Shown here piece after piece: positions 59,053 through 64,000 of a DNA stretch of 64,000 nt. The position numbers were made by a program, and so were the translations under genes. The stretch's first letter is position 1, and each line of letters begins with the position of its first letter. The notes below the pieces were generated by a model. It did not search any database. It worked only from the letters and a program-made list of their open reading frames with translations, and was not told the DNA's origin. Origin of the DNA: Pristiophorus japonicus (lineage: Eukaryota); assembly GCF_044704955.1 (NCBI RefSeq), contig NC_091980.1, positions 130,448,001 through 130,512,000 on the forward strand, written 5' to 3'.

Positions 59053-60039
59053 GGTTCAGCTGCAGGTATTCCTCGCACTGAGCTCAGAACTGCGCCAATG
59101 GTTAACACTCATCTGTGCCTTTTTATCTCTAGAATTTACTATTTCAATGCTCTCCTGCTGGCCTTACATGCTCCATAAACTTAAGCTTATCCAAAACTCT
59201 GCTGCCCGTATCCTAACACACACCTAGTCCCACTCACCCATGACCCCTGTGCTTGTGGACCATCATTGGCTCCCGGTCTGACAGTGCCTCAAATTCAAGA
59301 TTCTTATCCTTGTATTAAAATCCCACCATGGCCCTTCCCTCACCTCTTTTCACAGCACATTGATAATATCGGTGCTGTTTCCTGCTCTCACAATAAACTG
59401 GAACATTTAATTCACTATGTTCCCAATTTCCACCCTTCACTCACCTTCACATGGTCCATTTCTGTCACTTCACTTCCCTTTCTCGACTTCTCTGTCTATC
59501 GTCTCAGTCTATCAGACAAATATCCAATGAGTTGTTTGGATGTTGCTTCAAACCCGCAGATACCTGCAAATGATCAACCCACTGAACAATTCAGAACTAT
59601 TTAAAAGACACTGACTCGCAAACAACAGAGCATTCAATGAATCATTCAAGGTGGCCATTAACTGGTCCAGGCAGAGCACGGTCGATGGGGTGTTCTCTCC
59701 GTCTGCCTGCCTCTCTTCTGCAGCTATATCCGTGCCCGGGTATCCCTGGATTGGGAGCACGCGGTGTCTGCCGGTATGCTTGAGGCTTTCCGTCATCGGA
59801 GGGCACCAGAGGGAGGGGAGCGCAGTGTGGATACAGGGAAATATTGTAAATTTTTTTAAGTTTTTATGTTAGTTTATTCCCCCTTATAAAGGGAGCAGTT
59901 ATGGTTTAAGTGTTTCCGATAGCTGAATTCAACATTCCAATTAATTAGCCCAAAGAATAGAGAATCCAATTAAACCTGTGACTCTGGATATTTGAACTGT
60001 GTTTGAGGAAAGTTAGGACAATTGAGACCCTCATTGAGT

Positions 60040-60209
60040 TGTCAGCCAATGATGCTCATTCTTCAAAGATCTGACTGGCTCTGGGAGTCCATCTCCCTCC
60101 TTCCTTTACTTGATTGGTGCTCTGAGAAGATGCAACTTCTGATTGGGTATTGATGACTGTCACTCATCATCAAGAATGCCACACCCTGGATTATCCCTCA
60201 GTATAAATA
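60040..60209 (+). promoter_or_regulatory. Ferritin B3 core promoter
   Basis: CCAAT/ATTGG boxes and TATAAATA at 60202-60209. Confidence 0.65.
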
Positions 60210-60284
60210 TAGGTGTTTGAGCTTGACAAAATGTTACCTTTGCACTTCTACAAAGTTTTTACTTTGGAAAAATAAAATATTAAG

Positions 60285-60386
60285 ATGGCTTCTCAAGTGC
60301 GTCAGAATTACCACCAGGACTGTGAGGATGCTGTCAACAAGCAGATCGACATGGAGCTTTCTTTCTCCTATGTTTATCTCTCTATG
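60285..60386 (+). CDS. Ferritin paralog B3 exon 1 (remaining exons, if present, lie beyond the window)
   Basis: [34 protein letters not shown] then GTGAG. Confidence 0.85.
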
Positions 60387-61164
60387 GTGAGTTTTGTGTT
60401 TTTTGCCACTTTACAATGGAGACTATGCAATGTGAATTTATGAAATCCTGTGCTGGACACAGCTCACCTCTTGCTCTCTTTCTGTCCACCCCGCCCTGAA
60501 TCTATGCTGTGAATTCACTTTTAAAGCTATAATATGATACAATTTATCTTTATCTTTATTTGTTAACAAATTCTCTCTGTTCCTTGTATCATCTGATTAT
60601 CTTGATTCTTTCTTTTTCCTGGAATCTTGAGCTTGATTAAGTTTATTTGGAATACATTCTGCACACAATGCAAGGAGTTCAGAATTAGTATCCTCATTCT
60701 AAATCACTGTATGGATTGTCCTTACCTTGCTGGTTCAATGGGTGGTGTCATAAAAATAAATCTAGGCCATTTAGGAGGGAAGTCAGGAAGTATTCTTTCC
60801 TGCCAGTGTGGTGAAAATCTGAAACACTTTCTTTCCCAGCCATCCCTCACCTCCACAGGGGGAGGATGGGAGGAAAGTGTTACAAATGTTTCTGCTTTCC
60901 TCCTGTTCCTAGTGTTTCTAACCTCTTAATTTTAAGTACCAGATTGTATCCTTTCTTTCCTCTAACTTTTAGCACCAATAAAGCAAAAAGTTCATCACTT
61001 GTCTACAATGGACTCTTCCTTAACCCCTGTGATCTTCACCAAGCACCTCAAATTCTGAGGGGTTTTCATAACACTTTTTTTCTGTGGTCTCTGCTTCTCT
61101 GCTACTGTGCCAAATTAATGCTGCTTGTGGTAGTTTTAGTTCCTTGGCATGATTGTAGCCAGTA

Positions 61165-64000
61165 TGTTAGCATAAATGTTTTCTCAGAAGAATCACTCAA
61201 CACTCAGTCGGTTCCAATGCCAATGCGGCCTTTATTTTGGCATGCGGGGAGGAAGCCTCAGAACTGGATCCAGGCACTTCTCTCCGACGAACAAAGAAAC
61301 TCATTGATATTTATGTTTTACAATAGTTCTTTAGTTACTCAGCCCACTTCGGCTGGTCACAATCCAATCATAACGATTATAGATTACATATAGGTTTCTT
61401 TAACCCAATAGAATTCCCCATATACCTTAGGGGCTGTATGTTCGGTTTGTCAGCTCTGGCTGATTAATGATCTCGTTGTGAGGCAGGTTCTCCCATTATC
61501 TCTGTTCCTCGTGGCTCGGCTGTGTGAATTCACTGATTATACCAGTGTACTATAATGGTTCATTATAATTATCTTGTATCCAAGGCATTCCTGGTAGTGG
61601 GCCTCACTAGGTCATTGCTTGGTCAGCCCCAGTTCATTACTTGACTAATTGAGTACCCATCATGCCTGGGCAGCCATTTTATGTGTGGCCACTTTAAACT
61701 TGAGTTTAGATATATTCAGCAGGTGCCTAATGCCGACAACAATTCCCTCCGCCCCCCCCCCCCCCCCCCCCCCCCCCTTAACTGACCGTCCTACTTTTAG
61801 ATTTTGTGCACGGCCTGGTACTCCCTGCCTCAATGTGCTGGCGAGTCATGTGGTTTCAGGAGTCCCGGTTGCTTAAATCAAATTAACAAAGGCCAAATCC
61901 TCCTGCCCCTTTATTAGACAGGCTTGTTTAGTATTTGGGGACCGGACATGGGTCCCTCTTCGTCGTGCTTGGTGCCTGCATGCCTGGCAGGCCATTCTGC
62001 CCCATGTTAATTCTAAGATCAATTGTATCCCGACCAGTATATGACATTATTCGAATCCAAGGATGGATGTTCACATTTATTCCCCACTCCCAGACCTTTC
62101 TCCACCAACTCTGACTTTGTAAGTCTACTTCGATATCATCTTTCAGTACTTTGATTTTAGTTTGCAGTTAGTGGTAGAGCTTTACGGATTGACCCACCCT
62201 GAGCCTCAATTCTCGTAATACTTCGGTTAGATGTGGGATCGGGACCTGCTCTGGCTCGTCATAATCCTGCAAATGATCGTGGAGCTGATCGGTTACATCA
62301 ATAACTTCAGGCTTCCGGTGCCTAACCTGGGTGATATGCGCTTGCCCGATTGTGACAGGTTGTAGCGGCGCAAAGCAAATGTTCGGCTGTGGTATCGGGC
62401 ACTGCAGGTCATTATACCGGTATGAACGCTCTGTGGTAGAGACGCAGTATCTTCCCTTCCCTCTGTAGCCTACCCTCGCGAAGTGCCTGTGTGCGGGCAC
62501 TATTTCTAGTACACACCCATCGGTTCGGTTAAACCCGTACTCGTCTAGCTCACCTCGGCCGACCGGGTGAGGGCATACTGCGATCTCCCCCTTTGCTTGC
62601 ATTCTGTTAGGGAGATCCCGGTTTCTCCTCATCTCAGTCCCAAATGGCCGACCCCTTACCCTGAGACTGTGACTCCTGGTTCTAGACTCCCCAGTCCGGA
62701 GGGGAAACAGCCTCCCAGTATCTAAGCTGAATTATGTATGTCGCATGTCGTTTCGACGAACGGCGGATGTGCTGGTCAGATAGTAACGTATGGAGACATT
62801 TTTCCGTATTACTCCGATATTCTCTAGTTGGTACAGGGGGAACGGCCCTGAGTCCGGCGTGGCGATAGGGATCATCAGAACTATCCCTATCCCAGTATTG
62901 CTACCCATCTGGCAATCTGGAATTGCTGGGTGTACTCTGGTCAGTCCCTTCAGAGTACAATTATCCTTTGTCCCCATCTGCTTAGTCAACTGAGCTAAAT
63001 GTGAACTGTCTATCCAATCGGGTACTTCCCCGCGTTGGATCTGGTTGAGATTGTGGCGGATCTGTCCCACCATCCACAGACCATAAGCGTGACAGAGTTG
63101 CCCCAGTCTTTGCTTTCCTGTATCTTCTTTTTCTCTATCAATGAGGTGATTGATGGTTTTGGCGTGAGCTTCCAGGACTCAGATGCCATCCAACTGGATT
63201 TTGGCACCCTCCTTTCCTAGGTTGTACATTGTACATTTTCCTTGACTCTTCTGTATAGTATTCTGGCATCTGTATGCCTGAAATATTGATCAGGACAGGC
63301 ACAATTTCATGTTTAACATTATCATACAATAATTCCCCTTTGTTGTACATTACAATCCCATTTTCTGATCCCTTAGTAGTTATGGGACAAGGCAGTTCCT
63401 CGGGCAATGTAATGGTTCTTATGGGGCGCAGTGTCGGAGTGGCTGAGAAGCATACATACAATGATATTGCAGCTGACTCCACCTCCTCGTAGTACCCACA
63501 CAGCCCCACTCTCTTTTTGCAGATGCCTGATTGCTGGGACTGTCCCGGAGGTGTGCAAATTATGCCGAAAGTACATTCATCGGGCCCTTTGATATCCCTC
63601 CGTTTAATGCAGCTGCTCCTTATACCCGTGGAGCACTGTACACATACCCGGTTCTTATTAGGATTCACTTGTAACCATGCATTAAAATAAGTCCTGTCCT
63701 TGCTCCAGTCCTTGGCTGCTGGGATGCACATTCCATCCGTTAAATTAAACGACTCCATAGTTCATGTAGTTTATTTCCTGAGTGCGCTGCAATCTGTTGG
63801 TATCATCCAGTGTTTGCGTGGGTCTTGAGGTTCCCAGTATCACGAGTCCCCAGAGTCGAAGTCACCACTGTGGTCCCATCTTGAGTGTTTTATCTGAAAA
63901 TTTTAAACCGGTAGCATGGTTGTCACCAGGTGTTAGGTTCTGGTCTACTTGTGTCATTGTCACTCTGGAATCGGAGGTAAGGATTAGGTTAACCATATTC
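61165..64000 (-). mobile_element. Endogenous retrovirus-like element, 3' part (env-like region, PPT, 3' LTR)
   Basis: Abrupt break in colinearity with unit 2 at 61165. LTR 61165-61741 (TG...CA, minus-strand AATAAA 61231-61236). G-rich PPT at 61744-61777 on the minus strand. Broken Cys-rich ORFs 63758-61980. Confidence 0.8.
61980..63758 (-). pseudogene. Degenerate env-like class I fusion glycoprotein
   Basis: ORFs 63138-63758, 62732-63073 and 62168-62632. Reading past the stop gives heptad repeat LQTKIKVLKDDIEVDL and Trp-rich SWWRKVWEWG; one further frameshift gives hydrophobic IMS/ILVGIQLILELTW. N-glycosylation sequons (NLT, NIS, NCT, NVS, NRT). CR1 fragment at about 62625-62725. Confidence 0.7.

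Noticed and set aside
61745-61777. Poly-C run / poly-Pro ORF 61649-61876 as a gene or stand-alone G-quadruplex
   Set aside because: Its position next to the LTR identifies it as the minus-strand polypurine tract, and homopolymer length is unreliable.

Overview
Repeat-rich vertebrate genomic DNA, most likely from a cartilaginous fish (inferred from the Deu-domain SINE, the 33-bp SINE-derived minisatellite and the CR1/RTE/Tx1/Penelope mix). The window is part of a tandem ferritin (heavy/middle-chain type) gene cluster on the + strand. A segment of about 28 kb carrying two distinct four-exon paralogs (type A then type B) is present three times, starting at about 4680, 20466 and 48290. A2 (22179-28358) and B2 (36124-44922) are intact 176-aa genes with all ferroxidase ligands. 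A1 is frameshifted and A3 has a nonsense codon. B1 survives only as an orphan exon 2 between two microhomology deletions. B3 exon 1 is followed by an intronic endogenous retrovirus-like insertion with an env-like class I fusion protein. None of the five visible 5' UTRs contains an iron-responsive element. The rest is nested Gypsy (Mag-like) LTR elements, solo LTRs, a young CR1 with an open 728-aa RT ORF, and decayed LINE/SINE fragments. Exon coordinates were read base by base; boundaries of old repeats are approximate.
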